Source of the DNA: Formosa sp. Hel1_33_131
Lineage (GTDB): Bacteria; Bacteroidota; Bacteroidia; Flavobacteriales; Flavobacteriaceae
Direction: 5' to 3'
Length of the DNA stretch: 32,000 bases
NCBI RefSeq assembly: GCF_001735745.1
Contig: NZ_CP017260.1
Span: 450,001 to 482,000, forward strand
The position numbers and the translations under genes are program-made. The notes beneath the pieces are model-generated. The model saw only the letters and a list, made by a program, of their open reading frames with translations. It did no database searches and had not been told where the DNA came from. Of the stretch, positions 11,358 to 23,297 are shown one piece after another. The number at the start of each line of letters is the position of its first letter. Position 1 is the stretch's first letter.

Positions 11358-12130
11358 TCTAAATCTCCTTTAAAGACTTGCTTTGTAGGGCCGCACAACC
11401 ACACATCGGAATACGAAGACGCAAGCGGTTCAAATCGAACCTGCAAATTCCCTCCTTGTGCTTCTAACTTGATAGATTTTGAAGCCGTTTGATTGGAATG
11501 ATACATCGCTATAGCAACAGCTGTGGCTCCTGTACCACAGGACAAGGTCTCCCCTTCTACCCCACGTTCATAAGTACGAATCGCAAAGGTATCTTCATTA
11601 ATTTTTTCGGCAAAATTCACGTTGACACCGCTTTCATCAAAGGGCGCACTGTGTCGAATTTTAGATCCCTCAGCGTTCATGTCAATTGCTTGTAAACCCG
11701 ATTGAAGCGTCACATAATGTGGAGAGCCTGTATCGAGGATATGGTAATTTTCATTGGAGGTAATCGTAGAGACCTCTTGCATTTTCAATTCAACATAGGC
11801 ATCATTAATTTGTGCTAAATGCGGGCCGTCAATGGCTATAAATTCAGTAGTTGATTCTATGATTCCTAAAAAATTTGCAAAGGCAACAATACAGCGACCT
11901 CCATTTCCACACATGGTACTTTCATTGCCATCGGCATTAAAATACACCATTCTGAAGTCGTAATCGGATTCAGATTCTAAGAGAATCAAACCATCCGCAC
12001 CCACACCCGTACGGCGATTGCACAAATGCGCAATCAAATCTGTATTGTTTTTGTCAAACGCACCCAAACGATTATCAATCATCACAAAATCGTTCCCTGT
12101 TCCTTGGTATTTATAAAATAAATGCTTCAT
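11351..12130 (-). CDS. dapF: Diaminopimelate epimerase
   Basis: Catalytic Cys motifs MCGNGGRC and LSCGTGA. ATG at 12130 (MKHLFYKYQGTGNDF) preferred over the TTG at 12142. Confidence 0.93.
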   Translation of the reverse strand: MKHLFYKYQGTGNDFVMIDNRLGAFDKNNTDLIAHLCNRRTGVGADGLILLESESDYDFRMVYFNADGNESTMCGNGGRCIVAFANFLGIIESTTEFIAIDGPHLAQINDAYVELKMQEVSTITSNENYHILDTGSPHYVTLQSGLQAIDMNAEGSKIRHSAPFDESGVNVNFAEKINEDTFAIRTYERGVEGETLSCGTGATAVAIAMYHSNQTASKSIKLEAQGGNLQVRFEPLASSYSDVWLCGPTKQVFKGDLEW

Positions 12131-12255
12131 ATATAAAGACAAATATAAGAATATTAAACTGTAAGTGGAGCTGTTAAAAGGTCGTTAAAATTGAATTGCG
12201 AATTCAATAAAAAACTAATTTTAGGGTTATCATAAAAAATTAAAAATAGAACACC

Positions 12256-13653
12256 ATGAAAAAATTTCTCACATTAGTATGTATTTCAGCTTTAGGTGGA
12301 GCACTCACCCTTGGGACCTACAAACAATTTTTTGAAGATTCTTCAACTCCTAAGCCTATTGAAAATCAAGCGACTGCTTCCTTTTTTCCTGTAAATTTAA
12401 ACACCAATTTGAATGGCGGAACCAATGTGGATTTTACGACCGCTGCGGACAAAACTGTGCATTCAGTCGTTCATGTAAAAAACACAACGCTTAGTAAAGG
12501 CTATACCAGTTTAGAAGACTTATTTAGGGGAAGACCTCAACAGCAAGAGCAGATTGGGACAGGCTCGGGCGTTATTATTTCGCCAGATGGCTATATCATT
12601 ACAAATAATCATGTCATCGACGGAGCGCAATCTATTGAGATTACCACAAATGGCAATAAAACGTACGATGCAGAACTCGTCGGAACCGATCCAAATACTG
12701 ATATTGCTTTACTAAAAATAGAAGCTGATGCCCCCTTAGATTACACCACATTTGGAGATAGTAATTCCGTTCGAATTGGAGAATGGGTTTTAGCCGTTGG
12801 CAACCCTTTTAATCTAAATTCTACAGTAACGGCTGGAATTATAAGTGCAAAATCCAGAGATTTATCTGGACGAAATACGCAGTCGTTTATCCAAACAGAT
12901 GCTGCTGTGAATCCCGGAAATTCAGGCGGTGCTTTGGTCAATATTAAGGGCGAATTAATCGGCATTAATACCGCTATTTCGTCTCAAACAGGTTCCTATA
13001 TTGGCTATTCGTTTGCAGTTCCTAGCAATATTGCGCGCAAGGTCGTGGAAGATCTTATGGAGTTTGGAAATGTACAGAACGGAATTCTAGGAGTGATCGG
13101 TGGCGAATTAAATGGTAAAAATGCTAAAGATTTTGGTGTCGATCAAACGGAGGGTTTTTATGTAACGGACGTACAAAAAGGGACCGGTGCTGAAAGTGCT
13201 GGCATCCAAAAAGGGGACATCATTCAACGCATTGATGGAATTACAATTTCAAAATTTTCGGATTTAAAAGGGTTTCTAAATACCAAAAGTCCTGAAGATC
13301 AAGTAGAAGTTGAGATCCTAAGAAATGGTATCCCTCAAAGTTTGATGGTAACCTTAGAAAAACTCACCACGATTGACATTCCTATCCTTGGAACCCTTCA
13401 AGAGCCCTCAAAAGAAGTGCTTTATAACCTTGATGTAGACTATGGTTTACAAGTTTCAGAGCTCTCAGAAACCCACCGAAAAGATTGGGAATCAGATGGT
13501 ATTTCAGAGGGGAGTGTTGTAACCGAAATCAACGAAGTGAAAATTAATTCTATCAATGATGCTCAGAGAGCATTGGAAAAATACTCCAATAGAGTCCTGA
13601 GAATCGCTCTTGTCAAAAATAATGGTGAAAAAGTAGTGTATCGATTTAGATAA
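12256..13653 (+). CDS. htrA: Periplasmic serine protease, HtrA/DegP/DegQ family with PDZ domains
   Basis: Signal peptide. Catalytic triad contexts TNNHV, DIALLK and GNSGGAL. Two PDZ-like C-terminal segments. Confidence 0.9.
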   Translation: MKKFLTLVCISALGGALTLGTYKQFFEDSSTPKPIENQATASFFPVNLNTNLNGGTNVDFTTAADKTVHSVVHVKNTTLSKGYTSLEDLFRGRPQQQEQIGTGSGVIISPDGYIITNNHVIDGAQSIEITTNGNKTYDAELVGTDPNTDIALLKIEADAPLDYTTFGDSNSVRIGEWVLAVGNPFNLNSTVTAGIISAKSRDLSGRNTQSFIQTDAAVNPGNSGGALVNIKGELIGINTAISSQTGSYIGYSFAVPSNIARKVVEDLMEFGNVQNGILGVIGGELNGKNAKDFGVDQTEGFYVTDVQKGTGAESAGIQKGDIIQRIDGITISKFSDLKGFLNTKSPEDQVEVEILRNGIPQSLMVTLEKLTTIDIPILGTLQEPSKEVLYNLDVDYGLQVSELSETHRKDWESDGISEGSVVTEINEVKINSINDAQRALEKYSNRVLRIALVKNNGEKVVYRFR

Positions 13654-13675
13654 CACATTCTATTACTGAGCCTTA

Positions 13676-13713
13676 AAATCCATGATTCAATTTTTGAATG
13701 GTGGATTTTTTTT
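13676..13713 (+). terminator. Rho-independent terminator after the htrA-like gene
   Basis: AAATCCATGATTCAA / TTGAATGGTGGATTT stem (6 bp + 2x2 internal loop + 7 bp, 3-nt loop) followed by a T8 run. Confidence 0.7.
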
Positions 13714-13747
13714 ATTCAAAAAAGTTACGAAAACGTTTGAAATCTTC

Positions 13748-13755
13748 TATTTTTG
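13748..13755 (+). promoter_or_regulatory. Bacteroidetes-type -7 box TATTTTTG upstream of gap
   Basis: Exact match to TAnnTTTG, 26 nt before the ATG at 13781. Confidence 0.4.
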
Positions 13756-13780
13756 CAAAAACAATTAAAACTCAAATTAA

Positions 13781-15229
13781 ATGGCTTCAAAACCCACCTA
13801 CGATTCCGAAATTGCATTCCAATCCGACCGCAGAAAAGCAGCGGTTGAACTTATTAAAATTCTCAGTGATTTGTGGTACGACAGCGCGATTGAATTGGTT
13901 TTATTTAGAAATCAATTGATGGATCGAAATGTCAGCGAGATTCTTAAACTTCACGAATATGCCGGCGAATTTGTCAATAAACCCATCTCCATATTTGATT
14001 CCGTAGAAATGGTACAAGCCATTAAACTGCTCAACCTTCCAGCCTCAAAATTAGATATCGGAAAATTAACCTTTGAATATCACAAAGAAGAAGCCACGAA
14101 CCTTAGCAGCTCCGCCTTTCTTTCTAAAAAATTAAAAGACGCAAAACAACAACCAAAACTGGAGCCCAAAGATGTGGTTCTCTACGGATTTGGACGCATT
14201 GGACGGTTGGTAGCCCGCGAGTTGATGGGGAAGTCTGGAAGCGGAAGTCAATTGCGACTTCGCGCCATCGTCACTCGAGATAAACTAACCCCCACTATTT
14301 TAGAAAAAAGAGCCGCATTGCTGCGAAGCGATTCTGTTCATGGTGATTTTTATGGAACAGTTCGCGTGGATACAAAATTACAGGCGTTAATTATCAACGG
14401 CATGACCGTTTACATCATATCCGCTGCGAAACCCGAAGACATTGACTATACAGCCTACGGCATAAACGAGGCGTTGATTATTGATAATACGGGAGCTTTT
14501 AGAGATCAAGAAGCACTGCAAAGACATTTGACTTCTAAAGGGTCGAAAAAAGTATTATTAACCGCGCCGGGCAAAGGCATTCCAAATATTGTGCATGGCG
14601 TGAACCATTTAGAACATTCGCCAGATACCGTCGATATTTTCTCTGCAGCCTCTTGTACAACCAATGCCATCACCCCGATTCTAAAAGTAATTGAAGACGC
14701 TTTTGGAGTGGTTCATGGCCATCTCGAAACCATTCATGCCTACACAAACGATCAGAATTTGGTGGACAATATGCATTCTAAATACAGAAGAGGACGCGCC
14801 GCAGCCCTCAATATGGTCATTACTGAAACGGGAGCCGGAAAAGCAGTCAGTAAGGCACTCCCCTCTTTAGAGAACAAGCTCACCTCCAATGCGATTCGGG
14901 TGCCGGTTCCCAATGGAAGTTTGGCTATTTTAAACCTTGAAATCAATAAGAAAACGAATCTCAAAAAAATCAATGAGGTCATCAAAACTGCTGCACTCTC
15001 TGGCGCATTGGTTGAACAAATTAAATATGAATTCAACGACGAGCTTGTTTCTAGCGACATTGTAGGAAGTACGGCACCCGCCATTTACGATAGCAAAGCA
15101 ACCATTGTGAGTCCGAACGGGAAAAATATAATTCTATATATATGGTATGATAACGAGTTTGGGTACAGCCATCAAGTGGTGCGATTGGCCAAATACATTG
15201 CCAAAGTAAGGCGATTCACCTACTATTAG
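13781..15229 (+). CDS. gap: Glyceraldehyde-3-phosphate dehydrogenase, long form with N-terminal extension
   Basis: 482 aa. Rossmann GFGRIGR, active site SAASCTTNAITP and C-terminal WYDNEFGYS. Confidence 0.9.
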   Translation: MASKPTYDSEIAFQSDRRKAAVELIKILSDLWYDSAIELVLFRNQLMDRNVSEILKLHEYAGEFVNKPISIFDSVEMVQAIKLLNLPASKLDIGKLTFEYHKEEATNLSSSAFLSKKLKDAKQQPKLEPKDVVLYGFGRIGRLVARELMGKSGSGSQLRLRAIVTRDKLTPTILEKRAALLRSDSVHGDFYGTVRVDTKLQALIINGMTVYIISAAKPEDIDYTAYGINEALIIDNTGAFRDQEALQRHLTSKGSKKVLLTAPGKGIPNIVHGVNHLEHSPDTVDIFSAASCTTNAITPILKVIEDAFGVVHGHLETIHAYTNDQNLVDNMHSKYRRGRAAALNMVITETGAGKAVSKALPSLENKLTSNAIRVPVPNGSLAILNLEINKKTNLKKINEVIKTAALSGALVEQIKYEFNDELVSSDIVGSTAPAIYDSKATIVSPNGKNIILYIWYDNEFGYSHQVVRLAKYIAKVRRFTYY

Positions 15230-15243
15230 AATTTTCAATTCGT

Positions 15244-15251
15244 TATCTTTG
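15244..15251 (+). promoter_or_regulatory. -7 box TATCTTTG upstream of trmD
   Basis: Matches TAnnTTTG, 17 nt before the ATG at 15269. Confidence 0.4.
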
Positions 15252-15268
15252 CGCTTTAAATTTAGCAG

Positions 15269-15946
15269 ATGCGCATAGACATCATTACCGTTTTACCAGA
15301 ATTACTGAAAAGTCCTTTTGAGGCCTCCATATTAAAGCGTGCCATTGATGCAGGCTTGGTCAGTGTTCATTTTCATAATTTACGGGATTATACCTCCGAT
15401 AATTACAAATCCATTGACGACACCCAATTTGGCGGCGGTGCTGGCATGGTGATGATGATAGAACCTATTGATAAATGTATTTCTAAATTAAAATCGGAAC
15501 GGGATTATGACGAGGTTATTTATATGACACCCGATGGAGAAACACTCAATCAAGGCATTGCCAATCAGCTATCGATGAAAGGGAATCTCATTATGCTTTG
15601 TGGACATTATAAAGGGGTGGATCAACGTGTGCGGGATCAGTTTATAACCAAAGAAATCTCTATTGGCGACTATGTGCTTTCTGGAGGCGAACTAGGAGCT
15701 GCTGTTCTTTGTGATTCAATTATTCGTCTCATTCCAGGGGTTTTAGGAAATGAAACTTCGGCACTGACCGATTCATTTCAAGATGGATTGTTAGCCCCGC
15801 CCATCTATACAAAACCACGAGATTATAAAGGATGGACGGTTCCAGAAATTTTAGTGAGTGGGAATTTTCCAAAAATAGAAAAATGGCGAGAAGAACAAGC
15901 GTTAGAACACACCAAAACACGACGCCCCGATTTGTTGGAAGACTAA
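15269..15946 (+). CDS. trmD: tRNA (guanine37-N1)-methyltransferase TrmD
   Basis: 225 aa. Full-length similarity to TrmD, including [11 protein letters not shown] and [11 protein letters not shown]. Confidence 0.95.
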   Translation: MRIDIITVLPELLKSPFEASILKRAIDAGLVSVHFHNLRDYTSDNYKSIDDTQFGGGAGMVMMIEPIDKCISKLKSERDYDEVIYMTPDGETLNQGIANQLSMKGNLIMLCGHYKGVDQRVRDQFITKEISIGDYVLSGGELGAAVLCDSIIRLIPGVLGNETSALTDSFQDGLLAPPIYTKPRDYKGWTVPEILVSGNFPKIEKWREEQALEHTKTRRPDLLED

Positions 15947-16004
15947 AACGCTGTGTGTTACAAAACTTTTTCTATAATAAAGTTTCTAGGTTTTACTTTT
16001 TACT

Positions 16005-16012
16005 TATATTTG
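16005..16012 (+). promoter_or_regulatory. -7 box TATATTTG upstream of rplS
   Basis: Matches TAnnTTTG in the 140-nt trmD-rplS spacer. Confidence 0.4.
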
Positions 16013-16085
16013 CAGCCAATTTCGAGTTAACCTCTGGCGATCATCGCGAATGTTGTTTCGGATAAATACATAAAAAACCATTAAT

Positions 16086-16436
16086 ATGGAATCCTTAATT
16101 AAATTTGTTCAAGACGAATTTGTAGCAAAAAAAGACTTTCCAGAATTTGCAGCTGGTGACACCATCACTGTTTATTACGAAATTAGAGAAGGCGAAAAAG
16201 TACGTACACAGTTCTACCGAGGGGTTGTTCTTCAAAGAAGAGGCTCAGGAAGTTCTGAAACATTTACAATCAGAAAAATGTCTGGCACCATTGGTGTTGA
16301 ACGTATTTTCCCTGTAAACTTACCCGCCTTACAGAAAATTGAAGTCAACAAACGTGGTAAAGTAAGAAGAGCTCGTATCTTTTACTTTAGAGAACTTACT
16401 GGTAAAAAAGCCAGAATTAAAGAAAGAAGACGTTAG
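16086..16436 (+). CDS. rplS: 50S ribosomal protein L19
   Basis: 116 aa. FxxGDTITVYYEIxEGxKxRxQxFxGVV is a typical L19 pattern. Confidence 0.97.
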   Translation: MESLIKFVQDEFVAKKDFPEFAAGDTITVYYEIREGEKVRTQFYRGVVLQRRGSGSSETFTIRKMSGTIGVERIFPVNLPALQKIEVNKRGKVRRARIFYFRELTGKKARIKERRR

Positions 16437-16460
16437 TCAGATTTTCAATTTAAACACTCA

Positions 16461-16492
16461 AAAAAGCTCTATTTATTTAGAGCTTTTTTTTT
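16461..16492 (+). terminator. Rho-independent terminator after rplS
   Basis: AAAAAGCTCT / AGAGCTTTTT stem with an 8-nt loop, then a T-run. Confidence 0.8.
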
Positions 16493-16596
16493 GCCTTATA
16501 TTTTTCAATGAGGACTCCTGAATTTTAAAACTATTAATATTAAGTTTCTTGATGATTTTTCGAATTAAATTACTCCATAAAATCATTACAATTTCA

Positions 16597-16604
16597 TATA
16601 TTTG
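16597..16604 (+). promoter_or_regulatory. -7 box TATATTTG upstream of icd
   Basis: Matches TAnnTTTG, 67 nt before the ATG at 16672. Confidence 0.4.
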
Positions 16605-16644
16605 CACGCCTTATTTGATGTAAGGCAAGACCTATTCTTACTGA

Positions 16645-18882
<2,238 letters not shown>

Positions 18883-18907
18883 TAACGCCCTGTCAGAATA
18901 TTTTGTT

Positions 18908-18937
18908 AAAAGCACCTTTTAGGGGTGCTTTTTTTTT
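18908..18937 (+). terminator. Rho-independent terminator after icd
   Basis: AAAAGCACC / GGTGCTTTT stem, 7-nt loop, T9 run. Confidence 0.8.
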
Positions 18938-18944
18938 AAATTTG
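18937..18944 (+). promoter_or_regulatory. -7 box TAAATTTG upstream of the TonB-dependent receptor
   Basis: Matches TAnnTTTG, 18 nt before the ATG at 18963. Confidence 0.4.
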
Positions 18945-18962
18945 TATCCTAAAATTTAACCA

Positions 18963-21323
18963 ATGAGACGGCTCTTCTTTTTCCTATGTATAGGACTTAG
19001 TTTATTAGGATATTCCCAAGAAAAATACACCCTTAGCGGAACTATTTTTGAGGCAGAAGGACAAGAAACCTTGATTGGTGCCAACATCCTTATTTTGGAG
19101 CTTAAAACAGGAACCATTTCAAATGAATACGGTTTCTACTCGATCACCCTAAACGAAGGAACTTACGAAATTACGGTCAGTACGATTGGCTATGCAACCT
19201 TAAAACAAACCATCACCCTTGATAAAAATATTTCTCAAAACTTCACGCTGACAGAATCTCTAGAAGCTTTGGACGAAATCGTGATTGAAACTGATATTGA
19301 GTCTATTGATATCAAAACACCCCAAATGAGTGTCAATTCATTAACTGCTTCCACAATCAAGCAAATTCCAGTGGTGTTTGGCGAAGCGGATGTCATCAAA
19401 GCGATCACGCTTTTACCAGGCGTTTCCAGTGGTGGCGAAGGCGCTGCGGGTTTCAATGTTCGTGGGGGTGCTGTAGATCAGAATTTGATTTTATTGGATG
19501 AAGCAACCATCTTTAATTCCTCTCATTTATTTGGATTGTTTTCCGTATTTAATCCGGATGCGATTAAAAGTTTAAAACTTTATAAGGGCGGAATTCCTGC
19601 CAAGTATGGAGGACGTGTTGCTTCGGTATTAGATATTTATCAAAAAGAAGGAAATAAAAACAAGTTCCATGCCAATGGAGGCGTCGGGATTGTTGCCAGT
19701 CGGTTACTGCTCGAAGGTCCTCTAAAAAAAGGAACGGGTTCGTTTCTATTGGGCGGACGCGCCACCTATGCCCATTTACTTTTGCCATTGTTTGATGTGG
19801 ATAATATTGCGTATTTCTACGATCTAAACACCAAGTTAAGCTATAAACTGAACGAAAAAAACAACATTTATTTATCGGGTTATTTTGGAAGAGATGTGTT
19901 TAATGTCTCCGATAGTTTTGAAAACACCTATGGTAATACGGTCGTGAATTTTAGATGGAATCATTTATTTTCGGATCAATTATTTTCTAATTTATCCCTT
20001 ATATACTCTGACTATTATTATGGTTTGAATTTGAATTTTGTGGGTTTCGAATGGAATTCAGGGATTCAGAACATGAATATCAAATACGATTTTAAACAAT
20101 ACATTAACGACCGCTACAAACTGGAATATGGGGTTCACAGTACCTACTACCGTTTCAATCCAGGAATCATCAGTCCAAATGGCCCAGATTCTGGAATCAA
20201 TAGAGAAAAACTGACGGATAAGTTTGCTTTTGAAAATGCGGTTTATATCGATGTGAATCAGCAATTAACAGAGCGCTTGGCACTGAGTTATGGCGCACGT
20301 TTGAGCTCTTTTTTAAGATTGGGGCAAGACGAACTTAATGTGTATGAAAACGACCAAGCAGTTGGATTTAACAGTGATTTACAACTCTATGAAAAAATAA
20401 ACCCCATTGGAACTGAAAGTGACAACCATGGAAAGGTGATCAAATCCTTTCTAAATATTGAGCCTCGTTTTGCACTCTCTTACCAACTGAATGAGGACAC
20501 TTCTCTAAAGGCAAGCTACAACCGAATGACACAGTATTTGCATTTGCTTTCCAACACCAGTTCTCCAGCGCCCTTGGATGTTTGGACACCAAGTGGGAAA
20601 TTTATTCAACCTCAAATTCTGGATCAAATAGCCGTCGGGTATTTTAAAAATTACGATGCTTATTCTCTGGAAGTGGAAAGCTTTTATAAGATCATTAAAA
20701 ACCGCATCGACTATATTGATGGTGCTAATTTAATTGCCAATGACGCCATCGAACAAGTATTGTTGAATGGTCGCTCGAGAGCTTACGGATTGGAGCTCTT
20801 ATTCCGTAAAAACAAAGGCCGTTTCAAAGGATGGTTTGCCTATACCCTCTCCAAATCGGAACAACAAACCGTAGGTCAAAATGCATCAGAACCGGGTATC
20901 AATAACGGAAACTGGTACAATACTCCTTATGACAAAACACACGATATTTCCATCACATCAACCTATGATCTGACTAAAAAATGGAACTTGAGTGCTAATT
21001 TTATCTTTCAAACGGGACAGCCAACGACCTACCCCAACGGACAATACAACTACAATGGCTTGGTCGTTCCAACATTTGAAGCTCGAAATTCAAGCCGTTT
21101 GGATGCCTACCACCGCTTTGATATATCTGGGACTTATACGCCTAAACCAAACAAGAAAAAAGGATGGCAAGGCGAATGGGTTTTTAGTATTTACAATCTG
21201 TACAATCGGAAAAATACTCAATCGTTGAACTTTAGAGAAAACGAAGTTACGGGTCAAAATGAGGCCGTCAAATTATCCCTGTTTGGCGCCGTGGGAGCCA
21301 TTTCTTATAACTTTAAATTTTAG
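18963..21323 (+). CDS. TonB-dependent receptor with N-terminal CarboxypepD_reg-like domain
   Basis: Signal peptide and a carboxypeptidase-regulatory-like N-domain (YTLSGTI...GYATLKQTITL), then plug and barrel, with a C-terminal aromatic residue (SYNFKF). Confidence 0.9.
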   Translation: MRRLFFFLCIGLSLLGYSQEKYTLSGTIFEAEGQETLIGANILILELKTGTISNEYGFYSITLNEGTYEITVSTIGYATLKQTITLDKNISQNFTLTESLEALDEIVIETDIESIDIKTPQMSVNSLTASTIKQIPVVFGEADVIKAITLLPGVSSGGEGAAGFNVRGGAVDQNLILLDEATIFNSSHLFGLFSVFNPDAIKSLKLYKGGIPAKYGGRVASVLDIYQKEGNKNKFHANGGVGIVASRLLLEGPLKKGTGSFLLGGRATYAHLLLPLFDVDNIAYFYDLNTKLSYKLNEKNNIYLSGYFGRDVFNVSDSFENTYGNTVVNFRWNHLFSDQLFSNLSLIYSDYYYGLNLNFVGFEWNSGIQNMNIKYDFKQYINDRYKLEYGVHSTYYRFNPGIISPNGPDSGINREKLTDKFAFENAVYIDVNQQLTERLALSYGARLSSFLRLGQDELNVYENDQAVGFNSDLQLYEKINPIGTESDNHGKVIKSFLNIEPRFALSYQLNEDTSLKASYNRMTQYLHLLSNTSSPAPLDVWTPSGKFIQPQILDQIAVGYFKNYDAYSLEVESFYKIIKNRIDYIDGANLIANDAIEQVLLNGRSRAYGLELLFRKNKGRFKGWFAYTLSKSEQQTVGQNASEPGINNGNWYNTPYDKTHDISITSTYDLTKKWNLSANFIFQTGQPTTYPNGQYNYNGLVVPTFEARNSSRLDAYHRFDISGTYTPKPNKKKGWQGEWVFSIYNLYNRKNTQSLNFRENEVTGQNEAVKLSLFGAVGAISYNFKF

Positions 21324-21327
21324 AGCT

Positions 21328-22134
21328 ATGAAACACATGAAAAAATTATTTATACTGATCGGTCTGGGATTCCTAAGTACTTCTTGCGAAGAAGTAATTC
21401 AACTCGATTTACCCACCGAAACACCTCGATTGGCCATTGATGCATCGCTTCAAATGACGCCCAATGAAACTTTGGCACAAGTGGTAAAACTAAGTTTATC
21501 TGGTGGATTTTATCAAGAAGAAAATCCAGTGGTGTCCGATGCCAGCGTGCAACTGCTAGACCTCACAAACAACCAAACATTTGAGTTTGTTTATGACACG
21601 GAGTTAGAAAATTACAACTTGGACTTCACCCCTAGTTTTGATACCGACTATAAACTGCGCATCGTATATGCCAATGAAACCTATGAATCCTCCGTGGAAC
21701 AACTGATGCATGCGGTGCCTATTGACAACTTAGAGCAAGGAGAAAGCACACTTTTTGCAGGGGATGAAAAAGAAATTTTAATTTCCTATACGGACAGTGC
21801 CGAACGCGATGATTTTTATTTATTTGATTTTGGACTTCAAAGGTATTTAGCAACAAAAGATGAGTTCTACCAAGGAAATGTATTTATCTTTTCGCATTTC
21901 TATGAGGATTTACTCGCAGGAGACGAAGCGGTTGTTAAAATCATGGGAATCGACGAGCGTCATTTTAATTTTATGACCATTTTGATTGACCAAACTGAAG
22001 ACGGTGGAAATCCTTTTAGCACCACTCCAAGCACGGTGCGTGGCAACCTCTCTAATATGACCAATCCAGAGCATTTTCCGATGGGGTATTTTAGACTTTC
22101 TGAAACGTATAGCGCGAGTTTAATTTTAGAATAG
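21328..22134 (+). CDS. DUF4249-like lipoprotein (TBDR partner)
   Basis: Internal ATG gives MKHMKKLFILIGLGFLSTSC with a lipobox. Its position directly after a CarboxypepD_reg TBDR is the usual DUF4249 context. Confidence 0.7.
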   Translation: MKHMKKLFILIGLGFLSTSCEEVIQLDLPTETPRLAIDASLQMTPNETLAQVVKLSLSGGFYQEENPVVSDASVQLLDLTNNQTFEFVYDTELENYNLDFTPSFDTDYKLRIVYANETYESSVEQLMHAVPIDNLEQGESTLFAGDEKEILISYTDSAERDDFYLFDFGLQRYLATKDEFYQGNVFIFSHFYEDLLAGDEAVVKIMGIDERHFNFMTILIDQTEDGGNPFSTTPSTVRGNLSNMTNPEHFPMGYFRLSETYSASLILE

Positions 22135-22167
22135 TACAAAAGTGTTTCAAAAATTCTATTTTTGTGT

Positions 22168-22989
22168 ATGACTTTCACAAAAACCACCGAACAGGATTCG
22201 CATTACAACCATCTCGAAAAAATGTCTATTAAGGATGTTTTAAACGTGATCAATCAAGAAGATCAGAGCGTTCCTACGGCGGTTGCATCAGCAGTCCCAC
22301 AAATTGAAGCTCTGGTAGCACAGATTGTAAACAACCTGAAAAACGGCGGACGTTTGTTTTATTTGGGTGCTGGAACCAGTGGACGCCTCGGAATTTTGGA
22401 TGCTTCTGAATGTCCTCCCACTTTTGGAGTCCCACATGAAATGGTGATTGGACTGATTGCAGGTGGTGATAGTGCCATCCGTAAAGCGGTTGAATTTGCC
22501 GAAGACGATACCCAACAAGGCTGGAAGGATTTACAAGCATATAGTATCTCCACAAACGATGTGGTGGTTGGTATTGCTGCTTCTGGCACAACGCCCTATG
22601 TGATTGCGGCCTTGAAAGCCTGTCAGCAAGCCAACATCAGCACGGGATGTATGACGTGCAACGAGGGCAGTCCCCTCGCCCAAGTATCGGATTACCCAAT
22701 TGAAGTGGTGGTAGGTCCCGAAGTATTAACGGGCAGCTCACGAATGAAAGCCGGCACGGCACAAAAATTAGTATTGAATATGATCACCACCACCACAATG
22801 ATTCAGCTTGGAAAGGTAAAAGGCAACAAAATGGTGGACATGCAACTGAACAATGATAAACTAGTCGCCCGTGGCGTCAAGATGTTGATGGATCAGTTGA
22901 ACCTCTCAGAAACCGAAGCACAACAGTTGTTAGACACTCATAAAAACGTACGTACCGCATTAAAAAAATATACCAATGGAAACGCCTAG
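22168..22989 (+). CDS. murQ: N-acetylmuramic acid 6-phosphate etherase MurQ
   Basis: SIS domain LGAGTSGRLGILDASECPPTFG and GSSRMKAGTAQK. N-terminal TTE aligns with the conserved MurQ N-terminus, so the ATG near 22168 is preferred. Confidence 0.92.
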   Translation: MTFTKTTEQDSHYNHLEKMSIKDVLNVINQEDQSVPTAVASAVPQIEALVAQIVNNLKNGGRLFYLGAGTSGRLGILDASECPPTFGVPHEMVIGLIAGGDSAIRKAVEFAEDDTQQGWKDLQAYSISTNDVVVGIAASGTTPYVIAALKACQQANISTGCMTCNEGSPLAQVSDYPIEVVVGPEVLTGSSRMKAGTAQKLVLNMITTTTMIQLGKVKGNKMVDMQLNNDKLVARGVKMLMDQLNLSETEAQQLLDTHKNVRTALKKYTNGNA

Positions 22990-23209
22990 AACCAATAAAG
23001 ACCTTTTAGTGGGTGGACTTAAAACAATGGGGGTGACTCTCTTCTTATTATTTTTAGGGCCTTTTATTTTACATGCTGGATTTTCCAATCCCGATAAACC
23101 GCTTTACATCCCTTTGGTGATTGCGGGTGTTTTGACTTGTGGAGCGGCGATTTACTTTGGTTTTAAAGGGATCCGCACAATTATGGACAGCCTTTTTGGG
23201 CGGAAATAA
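22976..23209 (+). CDS. Small two-TM membrane protein (DUF6095-like); its 3' end is the first repeat copy
   Basis: 77 aa. Two hydrophobic helices (GVTLFLLFLGPFILHAGF and LVIAGVLTCGAAIYFGF). Overlaps the murQ end by 14 nt. Confidence 0.6.
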   Translation: METPRTNKDLLVGGLKTMGVTLFLLFLGPFILHAGFSNPDKPLYIPLVIAGVLTCGAAIYFGFKGIRTIMDSLFGRK

Positions 23210-23277
23210 TTTCTTTTTATTATATTTACAACGGACTTAGACCTCAAATCTGATTCTTCATTTTAACCAATTCAACT
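23162..23277 (+). repeat. Repeat module copy C1 (gene 3' end + TTTG/TATATTTA promoter-like pair + invariant core)
   Basis: About 82% identity over ~115 nt to 25685-25796. A 27-nt identical block GACTTAGACCTCAAATCTGATTCTTCA lies at 23234-23260. Confidence 0.85.
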
Positions 23278-23297
23278 TTTTAGTAAGCTATTAAAAT

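Noticed and set aside
13698-13919. 73-aa ORF overlapping the gap promoter and start.
   Set aside because: It is out of frame with the strongly supported GAPDH gene and runs through the terminator and promoter region. It is low-complexity and basic.
15832-16065. 77-aa ORF spanning the trmD end and the rplS promoter region.
   Set aside because: It overlaps trmD out of frame and covers the spacer containing the rplS -7 box. It has no recognisable features.
22156-22163. TATTTTTG -7-like box immediately upstream of murQ, implying a leaderless transcript.
   Set aside because: It lies only ~5 nt from the start codon, and just 27 nt separate murQ from the preceding gene. Co-transcription with the TBDR/DUF4249 genes is simpler. 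My base numbering here also disagreed by 1 nt with the ORF track.
23234-23260. The invariant core as a tRNA fragment (a typical att target). TTAGA-CCTCAAA-TCTGA can form a 5-bp stem with a 7-nt loop like an anticodon arm.
   Set aside because: The loop has C at the near-universal U33 position. There are no flanking D or T arm sequences (no GTTCGAATC-type T-loop). The stem is not preserved in copy C3.
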